Origin: Vicugna vicugna
Taxonomy: Eukaryota
Direction: 5' to 3'
Assembly (NCBI GenBank): GCA_013265495.1
Contig: MU058213.1
Coordinates: 3,658,001-3,722,000 of the forward strand
DNA length: 64,000 bases
This document shows positions 27,453 to 39,938 of the stretch, piece after piece. Every line of letters begins with the position of its first letter. Position 1 is the stretch's first letter. Position numbers and translations under genes: made by a program. The notes under the pieces are model-generated. The model saw only the letters and a list, made by a program, of their open reading frames with translations. It did not search any database and had not been told where the DNA came from.

Positions 27453-28659
27453 TACCAAAGCACAACCAACAATCCTTTCCACACTATGCGGATGGAATTA
27501 TTCTCTGACTCGCAACAGTGGCTACTATTTGGAGAACCTACTTGTAAAATCCTCTATCACTACTGTTCGGCAACTATGTCATTTTTGTCTAGAAATGTAC
27601 CCTTTAAAATAATTTCTGCTATACAGAAGACTGTAGTTTTCTTTCCCGTCTGAGTTTGCCACAGGATAGCTTTAAATGTGCCAAAAATCCTACTGCAGTA
27701 AAAATATAATAGAATTTTGGTAGCCTAATTCGTTACAATTAAATTGCATTGAAACTGAAAATATGGACAGATTATTGGCATTCGTGGTAGCAGAATTTAT
27801 TCTTACATAAAGCACAGCTTAAACACAGATCTAATTTTTAAAAAGAGCTTAAAATGATATAATTTAGCCTATTCTTATTCTCACCAGAATTCCTCCACAA
27901 AATAGTTTAATCTTAGAATTTATCCATAGGATGATTTAATCTATCAGTTACATGCAATCAACACCCAAATCCACATTGTTTTCATTCTACTGTCTATGGA
28001 ATATTTTCCAATTAGCTCTTGTTCTAATACCTAATAGATATACCAGCAATATCCTGTAAACTCTCCCCTCAACAACAACAAAAACACACACACACACATA
28101 GGCATTTCCTTTCTCAGTTGTTACTTAACACCTTATTGTCTCTATTTCTCAGTGTTCTGTTTTGGAGTCTGCTTAATTTTGTTGCTCTGAGTGTATTCTA
28201 CTCTAATCCTTTACTTAGCCCTCTTAACTCCACCATGTTCTTCCAGTCTCTTTGTTTTCCCAGACACCATATTAGTCTAAGTCTTTAACTTTCTTTTAAA
28301 AATAAAGGAGAATTCATTTACTCATTTATTTATTCATATATTTTATTTCCTGCCATGTTCCACAAATGATTTACGGTAACTACGAACTTATACTGTGTAT
28401 CACAACCTTTACAAAGACTGGAAACAGACAGATGAACAACACAATTGTCCTTGCCCTTAAGGAACTTAACAATGACTCTTAGATTACCAAAGATGTCTAA
28501 CCACCTGCTTTTCCTGCCTCTTTTTCCCACTTGAACCTACCTTAAATATAGTTCTTAAAATACTTGTTGAATATTATTAACATCACCCACTTAATCCCAA
28601 CAGTGCTTGTCATATTAAATCTAAAATAGACTGTTACCAAAAAAAAGCATCATTATAAG

Positions 28660-29190
28660 CAGCTATAATTAATAATACTGTATCGTATACTTGAAAGTAG
28701 GTAGGACAGTATATCTTAAAAGTTCTCATCACGAGAAAAAAATTTTTTTAGCTCTTTATGGCGATGGATGTTAACTATTGCGGTGATCATCTTGCAATAC
28801 AGGCATACCTTGAAGGTATTGTGGGCTCAGTTTCAGACCACTACAATAAAGCGAATATCATAATAAAGTGAGTCACACAAATTTTTCTAGTGCATGCAAA
28901 AGTTATCTTTACCCTATACTACAGTCTATCAAGGGTGCAACAGCAATGTCTGAAAAAACAATGTACATATGTTAATAAAAAATACCATATTGCTAAAAAA
29001 TGCTAACAATCATCTGAAAATGCAGGCTTGCCACAAACCTTTAACTTACAAAAAATGCAACATCTGCAAAGTGCAACAAAGTGCAATAAAATGAGGTGTG
29101 CCTGTATATACAAATACTGAATCTTTATGTTGTACACCTGAAACTCCCAAAGTATTATGTCAATAACACTTCACTTATAAAACAAAAAAA
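28660..29190 (+). mobile_element. L1MA9-like 3'UTR end, split by a Tigger1 MITE
   Basis: AATACTGTATCGTATACTTGAAAGT...GGTGATCATCTTGCAATA [insert] TATACAAATACTGAATC...TGTACACCTGAAAC. Confidence 0.8.
28800..29104 (-). mobile_element. Short (305 bp) Tigger1-derived MITE with TA TSD
   Basis: TA|CAGGCATACCT...GAGGTGTGCCTG|TA. Confidence 0.9.
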
Positions 29191-30514
29191 CCCACCTCAT
29201 TTTTGATGACTAAGAATTAAAAAAACTTAATACTGTTGGAGAAACCTTGATTTATATATATTAGACCAAAGAACAGAGAAGAAATTCCAGAAGGGATTCA
29301 GAAGATAATCCAAGTTAGAATAAAGTGCCAAAAAGACGGACATCAGAAAAATAGTTTTAGAAAAGATCAAACCCACTGCCTTTCACCCTACCTTTCGAAC
29401 AATGAAAACTTACTACTGTCAATTACTATTTCATTTGTTACGTGGGACTCAGCACACAGAAGGAAAAATTTGGAGAGTTTACTAAAACTGATACCAAAAT
29501 TCTACAAAGCCAATGGGAACAAAATGATTCAAGTGTTTAGTGATGGCATTCTAGACCAGCAAGGCAGAGATCACTTTGAGGATTTTTGGTTTTGGATACA
29601 CTTGTCATTTACAGTTTTTTTTTTTTAAAGAAAGAATATATTTGAGCCATATAAACAGATAAAAAGTTATTACATAAGAAAAACTAATGTGACAGTTAAT
29701 GTAAGTACCTAACATAGAAGCATGCTCTTACATATAAAACAAAAAATAAAAAGTAACAGCTACTCTCTCTATATATTTGATAAATGTGCATTAAGGAATT
29801 CTCTAATATAAAACATTTAAAATGTGGAGAATACTTTTTCAAGATACAGAAGACAACTGTTAAGATAGGCACATGCACAACTCTTATAAAAACGTGCTTA
29901 TGGAGGATGTAATTCAACTGAGCACTCTTTTCTCAGATGTGCAGAAGCTATGAAATTGTTAATCACTGGATACTGTCTCCCACTTTTGCATTGTTTGAGT
30001 TATGACACTGACCGGTATGAATTATGAATTACACAATTAATTAGTTTTTTAAAGTGCTTCTGCCAAGGTTCCATATAGAATGCATCTATTTAATATGAAT
30101 ACTTAAAACAGCAACATTATTTGTATAAAAGTCACTTCTTTATATTTTTTCCTTTTTCATAAAAGGCACTGTAATCAGAAAACACTTATTACAAGAAACA
30201 GTGCTCTGGAAAATCTGAAACTCCAAATCACTGGCTTCTAAAACAATTACCAGTGGTATAGAAGACCTTAACCTTACTTGATTAGCAAGGCAAGAATATC
30301 ATGTGGCAAGTATGTTAAACATCAGATTATCTGATATACTTTGTAAAGATTTAAATGTCAAGAATAAAAGTTTTCTGTTCCATACTGAGATTCACTGCTT
30401 GTCAAAAAAAAATTTGTTTGGCTGAATTTTTGAAATGAAGGACAAAGTTACTCTATTTCTAGAGCATTAGAAAAAAGACCAACTGCATAAATTTTTTTAA
30501 AATTATAATTTTAA

Positions 30515-30850
30515 AATTCAGCCATAAAAAGGAATGAAGTATTAATAAATGCTGCAACATGGAAGAACCTTGAAAACATTATGCTAAGCAAAAGCCAGAG
30601 ACAAAAAGCCACATTTCAAGTGCTTTCATTTTTATGAAATGTCCAGAGCAGTCAAATCCAGGGAGAGAGAGAGATTAGTGATTGCCAAGGACCGGGAGGA
30701 GGGGAGAAAGAGGACTGACTGCTTAATGGGTTTCCTTTTGAGATGATGAAACTGTTTTAGAACTGGGTAGAGGTGATAGTTACATAACAATGTGACTATA
30801 CTTAATATCACTAATGGTAAATTTTATGTTGTATGTATTTTACAACAATA
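30515..30850 (+). mobile_element. 5'-truncated L1MB-like 3'UTR
   Basis: TTCAGCCATAAAAAGGAATGAAGT to TATTTTACAACAATAAAAA. Possible decayed TSD AAAATTATAATTTTAA / AAAATTACAGTTTTTAA. Confidence 0.85.
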
Positions 30851-31689
30851 AAAATTACAGTTTTTAATAGAGCTTGGCGTATCTGGTAGACATACCTGAA
30901 TATCTGACCTGACACTTCAAATGACAAACATCGACATCCCTATTCATTAGACTTAAGTGTCTTATTTTGTTGAGTTGAAGAAGTCAAGTTCTCAAAGCAA
31001 AGTTACTGAAAATGTTTCCAAGTTTAGGGGGAACCTCAAATATAATCTAGTCTGTTGAATGAATTAAGGTGATAATTTCCCACTACTGTGGTTGCAGATC
31101 TTGCCTGAAAACTTACGAGGACTTCTCTCTCACACATTTCAATCTTTGCAAGAAGATAGCCAAAAGGAATCTTTGAACTAAAGTTTGATTTAGATATCAA
31201 AGACATTCCAGCAAACCACTTTGGAGAATTTTGGGTAAAAAGATCTCCATTTACTCCCAAATAAACAGACCTGGTATGTTAATCATCCCATTTATAAGCA
31301 TAACATTTACATAGCTGGTTTTTCAGAATCTTTGGCTATGAAAACAACACAATGTTACTGACTTAATGTTTCAAATGACCTAGACAGTGCTCTACTCTTT
31401 CACATCCTGGACAGAAAAGCTCATAGCAAACAGTAAGATTCAACATTCACTTTGATATAATGTGATGCAGAGAAAAATAAAGATGTAAAACAAAATACAC
31501 AAGATCAAGTTATTCTGGAGGGTTGAGGTGGAGTCTGGTGTTCGAATCCTACCACTCAATGCCCTTTCCCTCTGAAGCTTTGGCTGATAAAGACTATTCA
31601 CACAAGGGACTAGCACTAGGGAGCTATCTAATTCTTTCTATGAAGTGTAAGTAGAGTGGTGAAGAGAACACGGAACAGAGACAGAGGTC

Positions 31690-32039
31690 ATCAAATATTC
31701 CATCTGCTCACCTACATTTCTAAGCCTCCTTTGCTGTTAGCTTAGGGTCATGAACTGAGCACAAGTAGTACATTTTATTTCTCAGCTGACAAAGTTAAGA
31801 ATCAGTGTGTCACCTCCATATCCTTTCCCCCACTCTGTGGGGGCATGTGTTTCACTGGTGAGGTTACAACATGGCAATGTATGTCATGTGGGTTCCTGAG
31901 TGACTATGTGGAGCAGAGTCCTTTAATGATTTGTGCTCTACACATAATGTGAATGAAAATAAGCTCTTCTGGTTAGGCCACGGATATTTCAGGCTTCCTT
32001 TGTTATGGCAGCATAGCTTAGCCCATCCTGATTAATACA
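31690..32039 (+). mobile_element. MLT1 (ERVL-MaLR, MLT1J-like) solo LTR
   Basis: GAGTGACTATGTGGAGCAGAG and 3' end TTGTTATGGCAGCATAGCTTAGCCCATCCTGATTAATACA. Confidence 0.75.
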
Positions 32040-32179
32040 GAAAGTAAGACCTTTTACTCAAGCACTTCCAAGAGAAATGAAGATAATCTTTTAGATATGC
32101 AGATAAAAACGTGAGGAGAGGAAACGGGCTCCTCTCTAGTCACAAAAGGCTCCATTCACTCATATTTAGAATAGTGTTT

Positions 32180-33340
32180 AACTTATTTTAAAATTTCAAA
32201 TTATACAAAGTATCAAAGTAGGTACACATATATCACTATCCATATTTAAAAGACGCTAACTTTTTGCCCTATTTGGTCCAGAATTCTTTGACTTTTAAGT
32301 AGATTATACAATAGTGTTATATGGACTAAAAGTAGTTTATTCATTTCTCTAATGACAGATAATTAGCTATTATAAAGTTTCATTATTTCATAGGGGGATG
32401 CAATGAAAATTCTTATCTGTGACCTTGTGTTGTGTCCTTGTGCAAGGGTTTTTTCCTATGGCATGCACCAACCTAAAAGTAACAGTATTTGCTCATCTAG
32501 GGTGCACATCTTCAACTTTGTTGGGTATTCCCAAATGGCTCCCCCAAACTGTTATATCAATTTATATTTCCAACAGCAATGCTATAATTTCTCTACATCC
32601 TTGTAAAAACTTAAGATTTAAGATTTTAACTAACATTTTAAGTATGAAAAAGTATCTTGTTGCTTTATTTTAGATTTTTTGACTGATGGTGAGATTGAAT
32701 ATCATGCTTTATCATTTGAGTTTACTTTAATATAATAGCCATCAAATTGTATCATGCATCAGAATCACCTGGAGAGCTTGTTGAAGATTACAGAGTTTCT
32801 GATTCAGTAGGTCTGGAGCAGGGATCTTAAGAATCTGGATTTCTAAAGAGTTCTCAGTGATGCTGATACTGCTAGACAGGATCACATCTGAAGAACAACT
32901 GCTCAGGAACTACACATTTTAAAATGGGGATATTTATCATATAGTCTGTATACTAATCTTCTATCGCTTACAACTGCTAATACCTTCTCCAAGTTGTAGC
33001 TTGTATTTGCATTTTGTTTTTAGACTCTTGAGATGCAGAGAAGCTCTTAATTTCCTGGCAATCAAATATACCAATTTTTTCATTTATAATCTATGCTTCT
33101 TGTGTCTTATTTTGAACTCCTTTCCTATCTCAATGTCATTAAGATGTGCCATATTTTCTTCTTAAAGTTTGGTTTTCCACATTTAGGTCTTTAGGTATTT
33201 AATTCCACTGAAATTTTTTTTCTATAAGCTATGAAAAAGAAACCTAATTAAAAAATTTTCCATATGGTTAGCTAATTTTCCTACTATAATTTACTGAATA
33301 ATTCACCAATTCCCTTCTAATTTTCATGCCACATCTATTG
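32180..33340 (-). mobile_element. Old L1 (L1ME-like) 3' fragment, interrupted by MER5A
   Basis: T-rich; TTTCCACATTTAGGTCTT and AATTTATATTTCCAACAGCAATG are antisense L1 motifs. Confidence 0.65.
32737..32902. mobile_element. MER5A (hAT-Charlie MITE)
   Basis: TGCATCAGAATCACCTGGAGAGCTTGTT...CAGAGTTTCTGATTCAGTAGGTCTGG. Confidence 0.85.
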
Positions 33341-33724
33341 TGGGATTTTTGTTTATTAAAGGTTAAAAATAATGCCACTTTGACTTTCAATATTTAAAAA
33401 CAACTTTCACTGAGTTGGAATTTAATTGAGGAAAAAATCTGACAACTTATCCTTGAGAGGATCACAAAACAAAATGTATGATTCATTGATCCTTCTTGAA
33501 TTTGTGAAATAGACTTTTCATGTAAGAATATTACCCAGTAAGTGATTAGTACAGTAATAAAGTAGCTTTGATGGAGTTTTTAGAACTGTGAGGCTAACAG
33601 ACAAGTCTTCTATTAATAAATTAATAGTTAATAAGATAAAGGACCTATATTATATATTATAGATAAATAAAGCAGCTGCTACTTGAGTCTGATTGGTGGA
33701 CCTTTCAAATCTAATCTATCTAAA

Positions 33725-33930
33725 ACAGCAGGATATAGTGGTATATGATAGAGAATCAGAAGTCCTGGACCTGAGTTCCAGATTTGCCACCTGTTAGCTC
33801 TGTGATATTAGGCAAGATGAGCATTAATTTTCAAGTCTGTAAAAGAGTGACAAAATGCCCACAAAATTTCTGTAAGGATAAAAAGCAATTTATAAAATTT
33901 ATCTATGAAAGGTATTACTATTACATAAAT
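33725..33930 (+). mobile_element. MIR SINE
   Basis: GACCTGAGTTCCAGATTTGCCACCTGTTAGCTCTGTGATATTAGGCAAG...TCTGTAAAA core. Confidence 0.7.
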
Positions 33931-36900
33931 ATTATTCTGAAATATATAATTGCTTAAATCAGGTTCTGGGAAAAGAGTTTATAATTCAAATTCTATCAAC
34001 AAGTATAGACTATTTTATTTGAAAAAGCAAGGTATCTTAAGAAATTCAGGAAATATTTAGCCTGTTTTTTAACCTCCACTAACTTAAGAAATACACAGTA
34101 AGAGCAAGGCTACTAGGTTTTATACGTGAGCATCAGACTTGGCCACAAGTAACTGAAGACAATGTTCATGGACTTTCCTTAGGATAAGTGCAGAAAATGC
34201 AGATACTACTCCCTCCTGAGCCATCAAGATGAAATCGAAGTTAGAAAACATTTCTGACAACAGTTGTGATAGTAGAGAGAAAGGAATCAATCTAAGCAGA
34301 ACAGGTCAGAAACAAAAGCTTTTCCCAGGCTGGACTTGGAAAAAAATATGCGTAACTTTCCACCTGTCTTGTGTCACTAAAAAACATCTGAAACAATATT
34401 CTGCATTTCAAAAACTGAGTTAATTTTTAGTGTTTCTGCTTGTCCGCTAAGGACATCTGCCTTTGAACTGTCTAAAACATACCAGATAAAATACAGAGAA
34501 CCAGGCAGAATTTTCATTGTTTTATTATTAGAACTTGAAAACAACCTTCAAGGAGATGGTAAGGAAATACGTTCCCACTATTTACTGGCATAGAATACAG
34601 TTACAAGGTAGTCTGAGTGGAGAGATTTGCTCTTGTTTTTAAAGACCATCTTGAATCACATTTACCCTACAATTTCTCAAATATTATTAAAAAATTATTA
34701 AAAAATCTTCTGTTTGACATAAATTTCTTTGCAGTGATGTGTTTCTTACTATGAGACTTTCCTCTTCAGTGTTACTCGTCTTCTTTTAAACAAGGTCACA
34801 AAACTGGGGAAGAGTTGATGCTTATAAACACAGCAAAAATTAAAGACTTAATTCAGGAGCTTTCACGCAAATCCTTGATGGATCATTATCTTTATTTCCA
34901 GAAGTAGCAGAAACTCTTTCGTTAAGATGTATAAACACCTTTCCATGAATTAGTCAGGCTATCAAAGGCAGAGTTCTGATGGAAGATGACCAACCAGGGT
35001 AACATGTCCATAATGAGTTCTTCAAACCTTACTTTCAAACTGGTATCAGAAAAAGGTTTTAAAAGAAGCTGTAATTTATATTTGTACTTAGAGTAGTTAG
35101 CTTAAAATCCAGAAACTTAAATTCTCTAGCTTGACTGTTTCTTCAGTTAAGTTACCACGTATGGAGGGAAAATACATACAATGACAGGATAATCATATCC
35201 GAATCTGTCTGCTTTTGATTTTGTAAACTACAAAACTACAAAAACAAAATGAAAAACAAAATGCGAAAAATCCTGATTTTTTTTTCCTGTCAGGAGACAC
35301 TGATTCAAGACCACAGTTACTAAAAGGCCTCTTTCTTCACCAGCACCACTGACAGAAGGATGGAAAGGGGGAAAGCAGACTCTTACTCTACAGCCTTTTT
35401 TTAATTTATGGAAACAATCAACATACCTGATATTACATTCTCTCAGGCCCCAGCAGTTGTGAAAGCTGTCCTTCCACAGGATTGAATGAGGAAGACAGAG
35501 AAAAAGGTCAAGGTATGAGGACTCTATTTTTCAATGCTTTTTGCTTAGAATTCTCAGTTTGCAGCAATTTTTAGTTTTCCAAATCGCCATGAGGACCATG
35601 TGGTCATTTTTATAAGTGTGCTCTAAAATGTACTCTTCAATCTTTTTTTAGGACTTAATAAAAAGGAAGCTGAATCTCTGAAACTGAAATAATGAATAAT
35701 ATGGTAGCAAATACCACGGCTACATAAATGCCCAAATAACTAAAAAAAAAAGGATAAAATGTTGAGACAAGGGCATATTGCTAGGGTTTGAATAGGCAGA
35801 GGGTAGGTACATAAACCTACAGATCTGAGTCTCTTTAAAATAAAATTCAAATGAGAGCCATCTCTAAGGAGAATACTTATGCCCATAGCTAAATTCTACA
35901 AAAAGTGAACATTATGGAGTGATTAGGTAATATTTCGCTGGCTTATTTAGGCTAAGTTTATCATCAATGTTTCTGTATGCTGTTTGAAAAAACCCTATGG
36001 CTCCACTAGTGAGTGGGGATAAGGGTGGGGGCTGTAGCAAGAAGGTAAGGTTAGATCTTTTTTTTTTTCTTTTTAGAATGGAAAGAAAGGCTAGTCCCTG
36101 AAAGTCCAGTTACAATTGTTTCCAAAAAATTGAATTTGTCCTAATTGATTCTGCAACATTACAAAGCTACAGTCTCAAAGGTGTAGGCTATGAAGAGAAA
36201 GAGTTAGCTCTTTAATTCCTATCTCTACTCCTAGTAACCTTTCCTTCTTTCTCCCTTAGCTTACTTTTCCGTAAGTTTGAAATAACTTAAAATGCAAAGA
36301 AAGAAAAACCAGAATACTGTAAGAATTCATTTGTTTTCTATTAGAACACATTTTTGTGTATTATGTCATTCTTTGCATATAAAGATACTAATGACAATTG
36401 AATTTTTTCAGGTAATGGGTGAGAGACTGACACTGTATTCTTTCCTGTTCTTCTCTGTGACAATAAAATGAATCTGAAAGCTAGCTGACAATGGTTAGGG
36501 CATTCTTTACAATTATGAAAGAGAAAAGTAACCAGAACTCAAAACTGGGGCCTTAGTAGCAATTTAGTCCACTTGAGTTCCTAAAAGGAGAAAAGCCAAA
36601 AAAACTAAACACATTATAAGTATATTGTCCTCCCATACTAAAAGATAAAATAACTCATGTACTAGATGTAAATAAAAAACAATAAAAGGTTCAGAGTCCT
36701 CTAAATGAATGGTGTAGCCTTATAGCGATGATTTTTTGTGATACTCAAAAAACAAAACCAGCTGTTTAAATTTAGCCCTTTGTCAGCATGCACTCCCCCA
36801 CCTCCCCTGCCAGGGCAAGTAAAATCTATACAAAAATGCTCTTTTGAAAGCTACTCATTTCTTCTCTACCAAGTGGCTGAAAGGAAAAATTCAGATTCTG

Positions 36901-37915
36901 AGCTTGGTTTTCATGAACAGTCACCCTAGTGACACGTCACAAGATTAACCGTATTTTCTATTCTAACAATGAGCTTAAAAAAAAAAAGCCTAATGAATTT
37001 TAATTAGATATTCCAAACAAGATGTTTAGTTTCAATCAAGACTGGGTCAGGAAGTTGACCTTGGCCATCATTTAGTATTCATTACAGCAAGGATTTAAGG
37101 TGAGAAAACATGCTTTCTTCCATAAAGGAGGAAAGGGAGAAAAGAAGTCTTTTCAAATTGTATACACCTCATACACACCTCCTTAATAACACGTATCTCT
37201 GGAGGGCAGGAGCACAGATGTGCCTCTGGTTAAAAATTATTCCTTGAACAAGTTACTCAAATTTATTTCTGGGAGTGTGTTATCTATCTTAGAAAGCCCC
37301 ATTCTAATAATATTAGTTTGGTTCTCAGAAGCAGATATCCTATACCCTGTTTCACACACCTTTTAGTTCCCATCCAATCACTTCAGAAGTAGGCACATTA
37401 AAAGAATTGGCTTCTAACTTAAAACATTAGCTATGGGACAGATTTGAAAAGTTTAAAAAATTAAATGCGATTCACTCATTTATTCATTCATTTATCCAGT
37501 ATTGAGTGCCAATTATGCTTTAGTCATGCATGACCTCATATTTCAGTACCAGGGAGAGAGAAAAAATTTAAAAGTAAAACATCTGTTATATGATAATGAT
37601 AAACACTATAAAGAAAAAGTATTGGTAGGGGGTACAATTTAAACCAGAACGATCAGGGAAGGTTTCAGCTGGAAAGTAAGAGGATAAGATGTTTTGCACC
37701 AATAGGAAAGATTCTCAAAAGGGTTATCATTAATTCTTTGTTCCATTCTACTTTTGTTTTCTACTGACTGGTTGTTGTAATGGCCAGGCGAGGCAAGAAC
37801 TGACAGTAAAGAATCCATGTTACTTACAGACAAAAATAGAGGCTGTCTTCTCACTATTTGTCCTCATACACACTATTATGGCTCCTTCAATCCTGTAAAG
37901 AATAGCTCTCAGAAA

Positions 37916-38138
37916 CAAACTGTGGTTACCAGGGGGAAATGGGGGGTGGGGAGGGATGGATTAGGAGTTTGGGATTAACAGATGCACATTACTGTGTGTA
38001 GGACAGATAAACAACAGGGAATTAATGTATAGCACAGGGAACCATGTTCAATTTCTTGTAATGAGCTGTAATGGAAAAGAATCTGAAAAAATATATATGT
38101 ATGTATGTGAATTGCGTTGCTGTACACATGAAGAAGAA
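37916..38138 (+). mobile_element. Short cetartiodactyl-type L1 3'UTR insertion with TSD
   Basis: GGTTACCAGGGGGAAA...GGAGTTTGGGATTAACAGAT...GTATAGCACAGGGAAC. Flanks AAAGAATAGCTCTCAGAAA (37897-37915) and AAAGAATGACTCTCAGAAA (38139-38157). Confidence 0.88.
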
Positions 38139-38182
38139 AAAGAATGACTCTCAGAAAAATTTATCCCCAAAAGAATCTAACA

Positions 38183-38506
38183 CAGATGTCACAAGCTCAA
38201 ATGCCAAGCAGGTAATGCAAATTATTAAAGTGAACTAAAGGTAAGAAAAGTATCTATGTTGAAGAACTAAACATATGGCAGGGACTAAGAAAACTGGAGA
38301 ATATACATCATGTGGAAACAAGGATTCAGTGTCCTAAGTTTTCAGAGAAGCCAGATAGCTCATTTTTCTGGTGAACTCTCCCAATTTTAAAATTTAAAAT
38401 TTGAAATATACCAACTAATTTGAAATTTAAAAACTGTTAGTATGGGACAAATGAAATACCTCTGTGGAACAGATCTAGCCTGTAGGTCTCCAGTTTAGCT
38501 CCTCTG
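38183..38506. mobile_element. MER102-like hAT-Charlie MITE
   Basis: CAGATGTCACAAGCTCAAATGCC...GCAGGTAATGCAAAT...TTTTCAGAGAAGCCAGA...CCAGTTTAGCTCCTCTG. Confidence 0.65.
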
Positions 38507-39726
38507 GTCTCCAGGGTCAGGGGCTGATTCCTTCCATGGCCATGAGCACTAGGATACTTGATTAGCTGCACCAGTCCTGCTTGCTACTACCATTCAGTCC
38601 GTATCTGTGCAACTGAATGTTTTAAAATCCAAGGTCTCTGGAATGTACAGTACTTGGATTCAGAGCAAGCCGTACGAATAAGATGCCAGAAGCAAAAATG
38701 CAATGATACTAGAAAGGCTATACTCAGGAAAAATTCTCTATTGCAATGTTCCAGATATGACCCTGGTGAGGGTGCAGATACCACTGAACCTCCAACATTA
38801 GATATCCATAATAAATGAACAGACTTGCTATGGACAGACTACTTGCCTTGCTTTCCCCTTGCCTGTTTCTAACCAACTTATTACTATGTTCAATAGGATC
38901 TATGAGATGCAGTAGTTAGTACCTCTGTTGTGATTCTCTTTTCAGGTCTTAGCTTTTATAATAGACAACTTCTGTGTGCAGAGAAAGTTGGTTCTTAAGA
39001 TTTATCTAATAATAGTCTTTGGTGTCCATTACAGAAGGAAAGTTTTTATAGAACATAGACCGTTAGTTTTTGTTCATTTCCCTGTGAAGGACAAATACTA
39101 GTCCAGCATGGGTGGGAGACAGAGAGCTGAAGCATTATTTAATTGGCACTCAGAACCCAAGATATACTGACTATTGATCCAACACAGTTTCACCCTTTCA
39201 AGTTTCTACTGTACTCCTGTGCAAGAGGACCCTATGGAGAGCTCTCCCCTAGAGGGAACCTGCCTCACTACTGAAGAGTCTGAGTGATGGCATCTGTCAA
39301 AAAATATAAGATTTCTCTAGCCCCTCCAGAAGGAATAGGCATTCTGGCAACCACACATCACTTTCAACTTCTCTCTCCCAATCATAATCCTAGAAAGCCC
39401 TTCTTTGGTCAACTCTCATGAATAAGAGTGGACTTAAGTCAGGAAGCCTTTAGACTCATTTAGGAACTCATTAGACATGTTCAATTTTCACCCAGGTGAG
39501 TTTACCTAGCCTTCCTGGCACAGAGCATAACATGTTCTGTAAAGCAGATGCTTTATTAGGCTGTGTGAGGTCACCAAAAAAGGCCAATACTTCATTTTTT
39601 AAACCTCAAAGTAGCTGGCAATACATAGGAGTCCTCTTAGAATACTGGTCAGTTAGAGAGCCCTAGAAGTAAGGCAGTATACTCTGCCTAAGAGGTTTAA
39701 AGTATGGATTTAGATGGATTTAAAAT

Positions 39727-39938
39727 AAACTGACCCTTGGACATGGGGGCTGAGGAAGCCTACCCTCCCCATTTGAAAATCTGAGTATAACTTCACAGTT
39801 GGCCTTCCATATTGCAGGCACATTTGGGGATTCAGCCAACCACAGATCATGCAGTGCTGTAGCATGGTATTTAGCAAAAGAAATCTGCATATAAGTGGAC
39901 CCAAGCAGCCCAAAATTGTATTGTTCAAGGGTGAGCTG
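39727..39938 (-). mobile_element. Tigger2-derived MITE
   Basis: CTGACCCTTGGACA...TTGTTCAAGGGTGAGCTG|TA; reverse-complement homologue of 14263-14480. Confidence 0.8.

Noticed and set aside
30890..31275. Minus-strand cryptic exon (donor CAG|GTATGT near 30895; ORF 31036-31260)
   Set aside because: No convincing pyrimidine tract or acceptor, and the peptide is not RFX7-like or otherwise recognisable.
35481..35513. Plus-strand 33 nt exon-like segment (ttccacag|...AAG|gtatga)
   Set aside because: Isolated with no partner exons; such matches are expected by chance.
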